Source: Paraspadella gotoi (lineage: Eukaryota; Animalia; Chaetognatha). Taken from it: 64,000 bases of DNA. How positions within the stretch are numbered: the first letter of the stretch is position 1; each line of letters starts with the position of its first letter. The stretch spans positions 16,899,245 through 16,963,244 of the forward strand of contig CM119264.1 of the NCBI GenBank assembly GCA_051294375.1. Direction: 5' to 3'. A program made the translations under genes and the position numbers. Positions 39,104 through 52,495 of the stretch are shown here, piece by piece. A model generated the notes under the pieces. It worked only from the letters and a program-made list of their open reading frames with translations. It ran no database searches and was not told the origin of the DNA.

Positions 39104-40172
39104 GGGGGGGGGAGGAGTGGGGGAAAATATGAAAAAATATGAAAAACGAAAAAAAGAAAATCATTGATGACTTTTTTCTTTATTAGTAGTTTACGTATTC
39201 TCTCCAGAGAAAGGATTAATACTGGACAGGTGAGGCATCGGACGTAAAAAAAGGGTAATTGATTACGAAAAAAAAAATTTGTAGTAGAAAAGAATAAGGA
39301 CGAAATTATATCATGAACGGAGAGAAGACGAAAGTATGAAAAAATTATAAGCGGAAATAAATTTTTCACAAAAACTATCGGGAGAAAGGGATGGAAACAA
39401 AAAACAAAAAAAGGAGAGACGTGACAGAATCGGCGCTCGTCGGATGAGCTCCAAAGCCTAGAATATAATATCGAACAGAAAAAAAAACGGTCGGAACGTC
39501 ATTTCCGGCGACGTCGATGCCGGAAATGTTGCGGTGGCGGCGGCAGCGGCGGCGGCAGCGGCGGCGGCAGCGGCGGCGGTGGCGTTGATGCAATCGAAAC
39601 AGCTGGGAAAGAGCTGAGGTGTTTGTTAACGAAACTAAGCCTCAGTCTAAGGGAGGAAATCGTAAAATGTTTGAAATCCGATAAAAAGAAAATTAATAAC
39701 GAATGCACAAGCACGCGAAAAATAAATGGCGGGAAAAAAACGAGGATCGAAAGAAGGAAAGAAGAAATACGAAAGAAAACGATGATAAAATCGACGGCGA
39801 CTAGGCGGACGATGATGATAATGAAGATGATAACGACGCCTATGAGCTTGTTTGAAGAAAACCTTGAAGACGATGACGATGAAGACGATTGTCATCTCTG
39901 CGGTGACGAGGACCGCTAAGGCGAACCGCGACGGTGACAGCGATGTGGACGAAGGGTGACGGAAGGCGCCGAAGACGACGACGACGACGATTTTTGTGAC
40001 CAAAAAGGAGAATTTGACTTCCACTCGAAAATCTCTGTGCAGAAAAGAAAAAAAAAAAGGGAGAGACGTCAGTGACGAGGAACGAAGGAGAAAATAAAAA
40101 AAAGGAGAAGAGAAAATGAAGGAGAAGAAAACTGCGAAGAAGACGAGAAAAAAAGGAGAAAGAAAAAAAAAA
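39104..40172 (+). repeat. Extra copy of about 35185-36262
   Basis: Near-identical, with small indels. Confidence 0.88.
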
Positions 40173-40382
40173 CACCAGAGGAGAGATATGGTTCTCGAGT
40201 TTGCGGGGCCGGATCAGTCGCCGACAGTATTGAACTTGAGTAGCAGTGCGACAGCCTCAAGCGGCACTTTGCCTCAGCTGTTCGGGGCTTGGGGTCTGTG
40301 GCAGACTGGCGTTGGTGGTTATTGGGTTTTTCGATTGTATGTATAATTGATAAATTTTATCCTTGCGTCAACTAATTCAACC

Positions 40383-40422
<40 letters not shown>

Positions 40423-40597
40423 CGTCTCTTCTTCTCATCATCTCTCCTCTCTCTCACAGGGATTCAGCCACTACGACTGACCGCCAAGCTCGCAACGACG
40501 TTCTCGTTCTCTCCATGCTCGTGGCGACAGGGATGTTCCCAAGGCGCCCTCGTAGAGTGCCGGATCGCCAAGATGCCGTCACCTTCGCCACCTTCAG
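40173..40597 (+). CDS. Two internal exons (about 40173-40336, 40460-40597) of the uncharacterised plus-strand gene
   Basis: HQRRDMVLEFAGPDQSPTVLNLSSSATASSGTLPQLFGAWGLWQTGVGGYWVFRL|DSATTTDRQARNDVLVLSMLVATGMFPRRPRRVPDRQDAVTFATFR; gtatgt donor, polypyrimidine-cacag acceptor; the phase-2 exit fits the exon at 42614/32664. Confidence 0.55.
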
Positions 40598-40629
40598 GTT
40601 CGTCGTCGTCGGTTTATTTTTATTTTGAG

Positions 40630-40700
<71 letters not shown>

Positions 40701-41019
40701 AAAATACAATCTGAAAAAAAAAAAGAAGAAATACAATCGTCACAAATCTGCACGTCTTTAGAGAAGAGAAGAGAGAGAGAGAGAGAAGAGAGGAGAGAGA
40801 GAGAGAGAAGAGAGAAAAGAGAGAGGGAGAGAGAGAGAGAGAGAGAGAGAGAAGAGAAAGAAGAGAGAGAGAGAGAAGAGAGAGAGAGAGATAGGGTGAG
40901 GGAAATGACGAGAAGCAGAGGGAAGATATGGACGAAGAAATGGAAGGGTGAAGGAGGGAGGGGAAAAGGAAAGAAAAAGTGAGAGAAGAAAGAGAGAGAG
41001 AGAGAGAGAGAGAAGAGAG

Positions 41020-41057
<38 letters not shown>

Positions 41058-41259
41058 AGAGGAGAGAGAGAGAGAAGAGAGAGGAGAAGAGAAGAGAGAG
41101 AGAAAGAGAGAGAGAGGATAGGGTGAGGGAAAAAGAAGAGAAGCAGGGGGAAGATATTCACCGAAGATGGAAGGGTAAGAAGGAGGGGGGAAAGGAAAGA
41201 GAACAGTGAGAGAGAAAGAAAGAGAGAAGAAAGAGAGAGAGTGAGAGAGGAAGAGACAG

Positions 41260-41328
<69 letters not shown>

Positions 41329-42613
41329 GAGGGAAAAGAACGTGAAGCAGCGGAAAGCAGGCCAGGAGATTGGCAAATGAGATGAGACAAGAAAAGATAA
41401 AAGAATGATATCTAAAAAGAGGAGGAAATAAAGAAACGCATTTTTTTTATTAGATATCTTAATTTCATTTAATAATTTAGTAACCTGTAAAAAAATTGTG
41501 TTAAATGAAATAGTTTCACTTTTCCGTAACTAATACTCTAACATGTAGTTGTTTTATATCTACGAATAAAAATTTTAAAAAAAAATTCGGAAATTTATAA
41601 GACTTTCAATTTCAATTTTTAATTATTTTTTTTAAAAAATCATTTTAGTTTTGAAAAGGCCTTCTCGCCAGTGATATTTTAAAATGTTAATCCTCTGCAC
41701 TGCCGTCTGCAGTCTGCAGTCTTTCTATCCTCTATAAAACTTCTTGAATTCTATGTCTCTTTTTTTCCTCGACTCTTTTCTGTTTTTTTTTCTAACTGTA
41801 AAGAATGTTCCCGTATCATGAGATAAATATTTGAGTTATAAACCTACATCTGATGCGATTAAGAAAATGAAATAAATGTAAAATAAATCAAAAATTTACA
41901 AAATAAGAAAAATTTTTAATTAATCGTTAATTTTTCCAAACAATATGCCGATAATAAATAAAGATTTTTCCTTTTGGCGAATCACCACTTTTATTTTTTT
42001 TCTCGCTTCACCCTCAATCTTCCTTTTTTCAAACTTCCCTTTTTTTTCTAAAATTTAACTTTCGTCGATCCTTTACTTTACTCTTCACCATTTCCTCCCC
42101 TTATCTTCCGCCTCTCTCCTTCCTTTCTCAGAGAAAGAAGAAAACCCGCCAGATAAAACAGAGAGTGAATAGGATTAGAAGTTTATGTGAAATGCAACGC
42201 GAAAAAGATGGGTTCTTTTTTTCTTCAAGATTCTATTTTTTTTTCTCCCTTTCTTCTTTTCAACACAAATATAAGCGCGAAAGAAATTCAAAAAAAAATA
42301 CTTCGGGGGAAAGTCGTATTGACATTTTTAAATGGAAAGCCTTAATTGTACAGAGAGAAATAGTAAAATTGAACTTACATTTGGGTGTTTCGCCGAGAGC
42401 TTTGAGATTTTAATGATATAAAGGTAAACCCTTCGTCCCAGGCTTTCTCGCTGGCGCGTGTCAGTTGCAATTTAACAGGATGGTGAGAAAAATAAATGAA
42501 GCTTGGATCATGCATTGTGTTTCTTCGTTGAATAAAAAAAAGAAAGAATAATAATGATAAAAAAAGACCGCTAATCGCAACTTTGTCAGAAAAGTATAGT
42601 TAAGAATTGATAG

Positions 42614-42837
42614 GGTCAAAGTTGAAAAGGGAGAATTGCTACGATCACTCCCCTCACAAACTACGCAATCACAACGGCCAGCGCCAGGCCAGGGTTTACG
42701 CCATAACCGCGCACGGCCCGCCACCACACCGCTCGGGCCGGCCGTTACGGTAACTAGGGCGACGACTACGACGACAACAATCTTTTCTCTTTGGATCGCT
42801 GCGGACTTTGGTTGAAAAGGCCGCGGAAAACCCGAAA

Positions 42838-42884
<47 letters not shown>

Positions 42885-43496
42885 GACGATAAAATCAGCA
42901 TAAACTCTAAACGCGCGACACAAGAGGCTTGTAAAACGCGGTCCGGCGCTTATGCCCAACCACGGCTAACCGCCTCGCCACCAACACCACCATTGGCAAC
43001 CCAAAAGAAACGCTACCACCCACTTCCCGAGAGGTGGGCCGAACCGAAACGCGCGGAAATGGGCCCGAATAGCCGCCGCCGGGCAAGCCCGAACCGGGAA
43101 ATGCCTCCGCCGACAAAAGAGGCAACGCCGCCGACAAATAATAAACGACATCATCATAACCCATCCCCGCATTACTGACCCTCAATGTCTATGCTCGAGA
43201 GACCCGACGCCCGACGCTGCTGCCGAGGCGGAGGGGGAGGGGGACGCCGCCCGCCGCCGCGCGCCGCCGCCGCCGCCGCACGCCGCCGCCGCGCCGCCGC
43301 CGCCGCCAACGCGCAGCCACCACCCACCACCGCGACGCGACATGACGACGATACAATAATCATAGTCCGTGACAACGAACGACAAACAACAACAGCAATA
43401 ATCGGACGAAGACTAGGATGGAAGGATCAACAAACAATTGGGTCCGTATATTATTCTTTGATTAAGTTCGCCGCCGCCAGCGGTGTGGATGAATAA
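42614..43496 (+). CDS. Second (noisy) copy of the terminal exon at 32664-33547
   Basis: Same sequence with many indels; ORF 43185-43496 ends FAAASGVDE*. Confidence 0.35.
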
Positions 43497-46397
43497 AACT
43501 TTTCCAGAGAATAATCACTAATGTTGTTGTTGTTACTTTATAGAATTACTGAATTGGCGGACTGCATCTCACGAGATTTTAATCAGAAAAAATGGTTTGA
43601 CGCTCCAGACGGTGACGGAGGCTAATCGTTTGTGCTATTTTCCGCAATATGCAATCACGTAAGTTTTTTATCTAATCGATATAAACCGCGATATGGTTTA
43701 TCATTTAGCGTAGATATTGAATATCAAATACTCTCCACAAACATTAAGTCCGGGACAACTCAATTCAAATTAATAATGAGGCTAAAACCGAGCTCGGATT
43801 TCGAAAGGAGAGCTCCTGACGATTCCGAAAATGTATTCACTTACTATTTTTTTCAAAAGGCGTCATCGTTTTTTTCGATTTTTTTTTTGTACTATATAAA
43901 ATAAAAGAAACCTATTTGAAGAGTTGCAGCCCAAAACGGTAAGGCGGTTTCTCAATTAAATTTGGCATGAAATTACCTTTAAGGTCACGAACTTCCAATT
44001 CTATGAAAAGATACTTTCAAAATTTGCCTTCCTTCATATAAATTTGATTTTTTAATCAATGTTTGGGATTAATTCTTGATATATTTGAAACAAAAAACAT
44101 TTTTTCAAAAAAACGCGTCTAGAATTTCCACCACCTTTCCTTTCTTGCCCAAGATATTTTTTTCTTCAAGAAAGTCCAAACGGGTTTGAGCTGCAAACTC
44201 TTCGTTTTTAACTTCAACTTCGTCAAGAAAGTTAAATTCTGTACTCATTAAACTCATTAAAACATTTAATAAAGTAAAAAGTCAAATTGAAAATAAATTC
44301 GTAAGTTTTTCAAACTCATAAAACTTCAAAAAGTATAAAACCCGTCTGGAAAATGTGTAGTAGTTTATTTTAGACTTATTAGTGATACAACTCCATGTAT
44401 TTACTTTTACCAAAGGAACGAATTAAAATATAAGAAGTAGAAATTGAGATTACTGTTAAAGAATCAGTTTTAAGTTAAAAAATTTAAGTTGTAGAAAATT
44501 TTACTTACAATAAAAAATTATTTTTCTCTTGAAATCTAAAGTTTTACCGGAAGAAAAAATTAGGTTTAAATTTTTATGAACATTTTATGTAGATTTTTAA
44601 AGTTTTCGATTTATTTTCAATAGAAAACCTCTTACAAAGATATGAGAAAATGATTAAGATACAGTAAATTAAGAATATATACAATTTAAGATTGAGTGAT
44701 CCCTGGCCTTAAGCGTTTAATGCATGTATTATTTTTAAACGTCGATCGTGTGGGCATCGTTCGTCCATAGCGCCTGATAAACCCTGATGCAACATCGTGT
44801 CAGTCAACATCAAATTGGCGGCGCTGACACGGCGCAAGCTGACACGCCTTCAAGCTGACACACCCGACAACGCCTGACAACGCCGCGCGACGCTGAAGCA
44901 GTCCGAGGCGCCGGAAACGAGTTTTCCCTCGACAATATCGATCTCTGTCACCGATTTAATGAAAAAACAAATTGCAAAATTTCTAGGCGGCCGATTCCGA
45001 GAGGCGTGGATTCCTGATGAAAGAGCCGATAGAGGCTACGGAGCCGAGTTTTTTAGAGGAGGCGCACGGACACCAGACGGCGCGATATAGATGGCGCCGA
45101 TTTGAGGAGGCGGCGTCTTGGATAAGTACAGAGCAACCTCGACCTAGTCGGAAATATGAGTGGCGGAGGAGGGGGAGGGAGGAGTGGGGGAAAATATGAA
45201 AAAATATGAAAAACGAAAAAAGAAAATCATTGATGACTTTTTTCTTTATTAGTGTTTACGTTATTCTGTCCAGAGAAAGGATTAATACTGGACAGGTGAA
45301 GGGCATCGGAGTAAAAAAGGGTAATTGATTACGAAAAAAAAAATTTGTAGTAAAAAAGAATAAGGAACGAAATTATATCATGAACGGAGAGCAGACGAAT
45401 GGAGCATATGAAAAATTATAAGCGGAAATAAATTTGTTGCACAAAAACTATCGGGAGGAAAGGGGAATGGAAACAAAAACAAAAAAAAGGAGAGGACGTG
45501 ACAGAAATCGGCGCTCGTCGGATGAGCTCCAAAAGCCTAGAATATAAATCGAACGAGAAAAAAAAACGGTCGGTAAACCGTCATTTCGGCTGACGTCGAT
45601 GCCGGAAATGTTGCGGTGGCGGCGCACGCGCGGCAAGCGGCGTGCGGCAAGCGCGGCGTGGCGTTGATGCAATGGAAACAGCTGGAAGAAGGCTGAGGTG
45701 TTTTTTAACGAAACTAAGCCTCAGTCTAAGAGGGAGGAAATCGAAAATGTTTGAGAATCCGATAAAAAGAAAATTAATAACGAATGCACAAGCACCGAAA
45801 AATAATGGCGGGGAAAAAAACGAGGAATCGAAAGAAGGAAAGAGAAAATACGAAAGAAAACGATGATAAAATCGACGGCGACTAGGCGACGATGATGAAA
45901 TAATGAAGATGATTAACGACGCCTATGACTTGTTTGAAAGAAAACCTTGAAGACGATGACGATGAAGAACGATTGTCACTCTGCGGTGACCGAGGACCCG
46001 CTAAGGCGAACCGCGAGCGGTGACAGCGATGTGAACGAAGGGTGACGGAAGGCGCCGAAGACACGACGACGACGACGATTATTTGTGACCAAAAGGAGAA
46101 TTTGAACTTCCCACTCGAAAATCTCTGTGCAGAAAAGAAAAAAAAAAAAGGGAGAGACGTCAGTGACGAGGAACGAGAGGAAGAAAATAAAAAGAAAAGG
46201 AGAAGAGAAAATGAAGGAAGAAGAAAAACTGCGAAAGAAGACGAGAAAAAGGAAGAAAGAAAATAAAAGAGGAAAAATTCCGTTGGCATCGAGCGAGTAT
46301 AACGTCCGCTTAGTCTTCTCCCATCCGGCGCCGGTTATTGGATACGATTTTAAAAAAGGGGAGCCAAAGAGAGAAGGAGGCGAGAAGAGAGAGGAGA

Positions 46398-46433
<36 letters not shown>

Positions 46434-46609
46434 AGAAGAGAGAGAGGAGAGGAGGAGAGAGAGAGNNNNNNNNNNNNNNNNNNNNNNNNNTAAAAGAGGA
46501 AAATTACCGTTGGCATCGAGCCGAGTATAACGTCGCTTTAGTCTTCTCCATCCGGCGCCGGTTAATTGGATAACGATTTTAAAAAGGGGAGCCAAAGGAA
46601 AGGAGGCGA

Positions 46610-46651
<42 letters not shown>

Positions 46652-46657
46652 AGAGAG

Positions 46658-46698
<41 letters not shown>

Positions 46699-48461
46699 AA
46701 GGAATATGCATAGGGACATTTTACACGGTCGGCGTATGAACAAAATTATTCTCATTTAATAATTATTTGACGTCGGGAATTAGTTAATTCGTTCACGAAT
46801 GCAAGAAATTTAAAAACACGTGCGGGGAACAGACACCCAAGAAAACGCACACATGAAGTATGGCAAAGAAAAGATATGCTCGTTGCACGCAGAGAGACAC
46901 AGCAGACACACAACTTAGGATTGGGAATTTTTTTGAACTTCGGGAAAAAATGGCGGAAAGTTGAGTAATCTTGTCATCATAGACAAGAGTCGAAGTTGAT
47001 TGGGGGAGAAGTTATCCGCGGCGGAAAGCCGCGGCGGCAGCTAGGAGCCATCTAGACTAAGCACAATGAGATTTAATTTTATCGCCGTTTAAGCAGAGAG
47101 AGAGAGAGAATGAGAGAGAAAAAAAGGAGGAGAGAAAGAGAGAGAGAGGAGAGAGAGAGAGAGAAAATGAGAGGAGAAGAGAGAGACGAGAGAGAGAGAG
47201 AGAGGAGAGAGAGAAGGGGAGCTCCAAGGGACTGGTAAGTTGTTATGGATGTAAAAGTATTAGTGATTTGTGGATAGAATGGCTCGAGATACAGAGACGA
47301 AAGGAACATAAAATCGAAGGAATTGAGTAAGGGGATCGGGGAGACGAGAAACTAAGACCAGAGAGAAAGATGGAGTTGAAAAAAAGTAAGAGAGAGAAAA
47401 GAGATGGGAAGGGTAAATAAAATGAAAAAGCATCATCGGCGTGGATGGAAACGCGTTGAAAAAAAAAAGTAGAAAAGAAAATGAAGAAGGGAAAAGTTGT
47501 TCTTTGGTTGTGTTCGCCCTGGGGGAATCAAAGGTGGGGCGGGAAGACCAAGAGGAGAGAAGGAGGGGAAGGCATGGAGAAGAGGGACGAGGGACGAAAA
47601 ACAGACTGGGGAAAAGTAGAAACAGGAAGAGAGATTGGTGGGGAATAAGTAGAAAGAAGGACAAGAAGGAAGATGGGAGACGATTGAATCGAGAATAAGG
47701 AAGGATGAAGGGAAATGAAGTGGGGAATCCGGGCTTCGGTTTAGTTGGGACTCACGGCCTCGGTGGGGGGGGGAAACTAAAAACAGGAAAGGGCTTTGGG
47801 GTAATAAGCAGAAAGTAAAGGAAAAAAATTTGACTTGGGAGACAAAACCCAAAAAAGATATGAGAATCCCCTTGGACGGATGAGCCGAACTCGTGGCCAT
47901 GGGTAAAAGGGTGAGGCCAGGATCGAAGGGTTGAGGGAGGCCCTGGAAATTTGATTCGCCCGGAGGGACACAAAAGAGACCTATTGAACTAATAGGTTGA
48001 AGAAAAAAAAAGGAGGCGAAGGAATAAGAATGAAAAGACCGTATCGTCTATCGTCGTTGGTCGTCTTAGCGGAGTCTTTCTCGTAGTCGTCGTAGTCGTC
48101 GGCATCGTCGTCGTACAATTTTTGCTGCCAATAGCGACTTTCCCTTGTCTTTGTTAACCGCCGTCGTTTCCAATGGTTTCCGCCGTCATCTTTTCGCGCG
48201 CAAGAATCCATTTTGCGTTGAAATCTTCAGAAGCGGATGTCTTCGTTGTCTGTTTGTGCGTTGTTGCGTCCGTTCACGTATCTTCGCTGTCGTCGTTTGT
48301 TGTTGACTTCAATTTCCTTTCTTAAAAAGTAGCGATTTTTATTTTTCTCTCATGCTAAATCTTTTTCTTTGGTAACTCTTTTGACTCTCGACGATTGAAA
48401 CGAACGCTTGACTCTTCAAGCATCCACGTATCACCTTCCTATAAACATACTATACGAATAT

Positions 48462-49482
48462 GAGCGTTTGAAAAAATAACAAAATATAACAAAATGCAAG
48501 TGAGGTACATAGCTATTTTAAGTGTAATGTAGTCTGTAGAATTCGATGGTGATGACCATTTTTTTTGTATAATTTATCTTTCTTGTCGAAAATAAGGGTT
48601 TTTAATGTATATAAAATTATTAAAACCATAATAAGTTATGGTAAATCAAATTATTAAATTTTAATAAAAAATTTATATGAGCTTTTGAAATATAAATAAG
48701 ATTTATAAAAATATTTTGGTAAATTTTATTTCTAAATTTTATGTTTTATAAAAAGTTAGTTAACTATATTTATTAATAATTATGGTGTAAAAATTGGCTA
48801 AAGTTAAAAAATATAATTTCAAAAATTATTTTCAATGGATTTGCATTCTTTGCAAAAGTTGATTATAAAGAAAATATAATTTTTATAATCAAAATTATGT
48901 CATTAAGTTTGGTCAAAATCTCAGGAAAAACTATATTTTAAGCGCAAAAAATTAAAAAATTAAACAAAAAAATAATAGTTGTTAATATTTAAACCTATCT
49001 TAATGAAAGAAATTTTTTAAAAAATGGATTATATTTTCTTATATCAAACTTTTTGTAAGGAATTCAAATCTGGTTTTAAAATTTTAAAAAATTTTATTTT
49101 TTCAAAGCTTAGCTTATTTTTTATTATTATTCTATATAATAAATATAGCTAACAAACTATTCAATAAAAATAAAAATTTTGTAAATAAACTTACCAAATA
49201 TTTATAATGGGGTCTTTATTTTCAATATTATGTAAGGTTTAAAATAATGGCTTTTATAAAATCTTAATAATTTGAGTTTCTTTAATACTCTAACATGTTT
49301 TGCTCCATTTTAAAGTAAGCAACCTTAATATGCTAGCAAAAATCGCCAATTTCGAACAAAGAAGATAGACTATACAAAAAAAATGGTTATCAATCAATCG
49401 AATTCTACAGACTTTATTACACTAAAATAGCTATGTACCTCACTTGATTTTGTTAATATTTCCGTTATTGTTTCAACAGCCC
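48462..49482. mobile_element. Non-autonomous DNA transposon (about 1.0 kb, about 105-bp TIRs), present only in copy 2
   Basis: The left end (caagtgaggtacatagctattttaagtgtaat..agtctgtagaattcgat) is the reverse complement of the right end (atcgaattctacagact..attacactaaaatagctatgtacctcacttg). Empty sites at about 38165-38180 and 60855-60872. Very AT-rich interior with no long ORF. Confidence 0.82.
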
Positions 49483-51848
49483 TACCTATAACGATATATC
49501 ACCTTACTTTCGCTTTTCTTCCGTCTTTTCTGCTCTTCGTCTGCTTCCTCGTCAATGCTATACCATTTTCCTAATCTCAACTTTCCTCCCTTTGTCAACT
49601 GCTTTCCCTCGACGCCCTGATACTTGGCTTGCCCTCCGTCCCTCCTTCTCCCTTTGCCTTTTACTTCTTCTTTTATTTCTCTTCCTTCTGCCCAAATGCG
49701 CGACTATATTAAAGGGCGTCCGAAAATAACCGAAAAACCAAGAGGATCGAGGAGGAAAGGGCGGTGGGGAGGGGGAGGGTTCGTGACGCGAAAGAAAATC
49801 TCGCACCCGATGTCAACTGCGAACGTTCGCTGCCGAACGCTGCTTTAGTTGCGGTGCCGACGCTACCAGTATCAGGCTAGTCGCCGGTCGCCAGCCGCCG
49901 AATAAAATGAGACACCAGTTTTGATGGTTGCAGGAGAGCTTGTTCAATGTTCAACTGTTCAAAGGTGTTCAATGTTCATGTGTCATTGTTCAATTGTTCA
50001 TTTAGTGCTTGACGTTAAAAGTCTCTTTATGACCGCAATTTCAATATAAGTCTTTATCGAATTACGAACGTTATTAGTCGAAAACGAAAAATAGCTACTT
50101 ATCATACTAATTGCCTGTGCATTCGAAGCACTTTTCTGTGAGATTACATAAACAAGAAAAAAAAACGTTTAAAAATCCTAGTACACTTAATATGCAAATC
50201 GTTGTTGCCCTACTCTAGGGATAATGCAGTTGTCATATTTAGCAACGCACCGTCAGAGCGCTAATTTAATCGGTCATCTGAACGCCAATTTCCCCTTATC
50301 AACGCAAACTTGAGTTGACGTCAAAATCTTACTTCCGATTTGTTTTCTGAATGCTTGTACTTCCGAAGATTAACATCGCTTTAATCCGCAAAAATATTCT
50401 CCGCGGAAAGCTACTTTGCACTGGAAGTAAGCAACTGTTTCGCGCTTAGATAACAGCTAATGTAGAGCTTAAAGGTTAAGAAATTAAAATTTAATTAACT
50501 TTTTCCTTCTTGTTAAAATTTTATCAAGAAAATATTTTGAATGCGTTTAATGTTCAATACTTAAAAAGAATAAAGAAGAAAGTTACTTTTGTTTTAAATA
50601 TTATATTTTTCATTATCAATGATTAAAATATAAAGAAAAAAAAAAGACGCCAAACAAATGAACTGAAAATAGACTCCCCATGGCGTAGACGACGTGTCGT
50701 TGCGCTTAGGACCTCGAGTCCGAGCGCAGATGTTTTCTCCCTCAGATGTTTTGGTTTAATCGAATGAATTTTCGAGACTCAAAGCCTGACATCGACGTCC
50801 AGAACGAAAGGGGTTTATTTTCGGGCTGTGGTAGAGCGCGTCGGGTCAGGGTGCCGCAGGGGGTAGGGTCGAGTCCGCCGAGGTTGGGTAAGATATTAGT
50901 GAGGGTATTAAAGAAGGGTGGCTTTGGATGAGTGCGTGAACGGAAAGTGGGGAGAGGCTTTTCTTAGGAGGGAAGTGATTCGAATGGAACATTAATTTAG
51001 AGAAAGTCGGAGTGAAGGTACAGGAAGTTTGTTTGTTGTTGAAACGGGGGAGGTCACTCCAGACGCGGAGTTTGGAAAGAAAGGAAGTTAAAGTAGGGTG
51101 AAAGGAAGTCGAGAGCGGAAGTTCCACACACAAAGAAAAAACCACATTGTCATTCAAACGCGGGAACGAATATTAAAATAGGTTGTCGCGTAAATTAGGT
51201 ATCTAGGTAAAACTGCGCAATTTGATAGAGGGAAAATTTAAGAGCAAACTTTCCTGAGGGCCAGGGCGTTTAAAGTGTTTATACTTTGAATACGATTTAA
51301 TGTAGCATCTAAATCTTGTTTGTAAAACTTTCAATAGTTAGATGCAGCGCGCTTCGGCAAGCGGAGCGAGAAAAGAGCGCCCGGCCGGTGATGGAGCCCT
51401 CGGGCATTTTTTTTTATCTCTCTGCCTTTTCTGTAATCTAAGATTCTAGAGTGTAGCACTGAGCTCTGTGTATATAGGAAATTTATAAGCGGAAAAATTG
51501 GTGACGGAAAGGTTCTTCACTTACCTTTTCTGAATTAATTATATTATTTTGTTGAAGTATAATACTAATACGTATTTTTAAAGAGGCGGTATTTTTAACT
51601 TATGTTTATATCATTTCCAATTTTGAAAATTTACAGACAAAAACAGTTGAAAAAGAAAGAAATAAGTTTAATTGTGAGGGGGTTGAAGGCTCTGTGAAGT
51701 TAAAGGTGATCAACGAGGTGAACATGGAAGCGAGAACACAATTTACAGAACGCTCGGGAGTCGGGATGAGAATTTTTTTTTTTTTTTGAAAATTCCGTCC
51801 TTGAATTTTAATCCTTCGTCAAATTCGATGAGAGGGAACGAGCGAAGC

Positions 51849-51933
<85 letters not shown>

Positions 51934-52057
51934 GAGATAGGTGAGGGGAAAAAGACGAGAAAGCCAGGATATGGACGAGAAATGGAAGGTAGAAGGAGGG
52001 TAAGAGAGAAAAGAGAGAGAGAGACTGAGAAGAGAGAGAGAGGAGAGAGAGAGAAGA

Positions 52058-52088
<31 letters not shown>

Positions 52089-52423
52089 GAAGAAGGATTG
52101 AAAAAGTAGTAGGGTGAAAGGTAAACGGGAAAGCATGGAGGTTTGAGAAGAGAAAAAGACACTTAAGGAAAACTTAAAATTCTGAAGAGGGAAAAACTAA
52201 GTAAATTCAATTTTTATTCGCATCGAATAAGTGAAATATCAGGTTATGTTAATATCCAGAGTAACAATTTTATTTTTAGCGATCGAGGTTGAGAATTAAT
52301 ACTGTTTTTGACGAATCATTTTTCGAGTTGTTTTTGAGGAAAGAGAAACGCGAAAATTTATTATCGGAAAAATAAGATGAGATTAAACAGAGAGAGGGAG
52401 CCTAGAAGAGAGAGAGATAGAGA

Positions 52424-52495
<72 letters not shown>

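Larger units (their letters stand above)
41335..52430 (+). repeat. Large duplicated block, copy 2 (indel-rich)
   Basis: Collinear with copy 1, then about 50470-52430 collinear with about 61775-63643. Confidence 0.9.

Noticed and set aside
40173-40336. Faint likeness of HQRRDMVLEFAGP...GYWVFRL to proprotein convertase P-domain motifs
   Set aside because: No RGD-like motif, no subtilisin exons nearby, and the similarity is too weak to call by eye.
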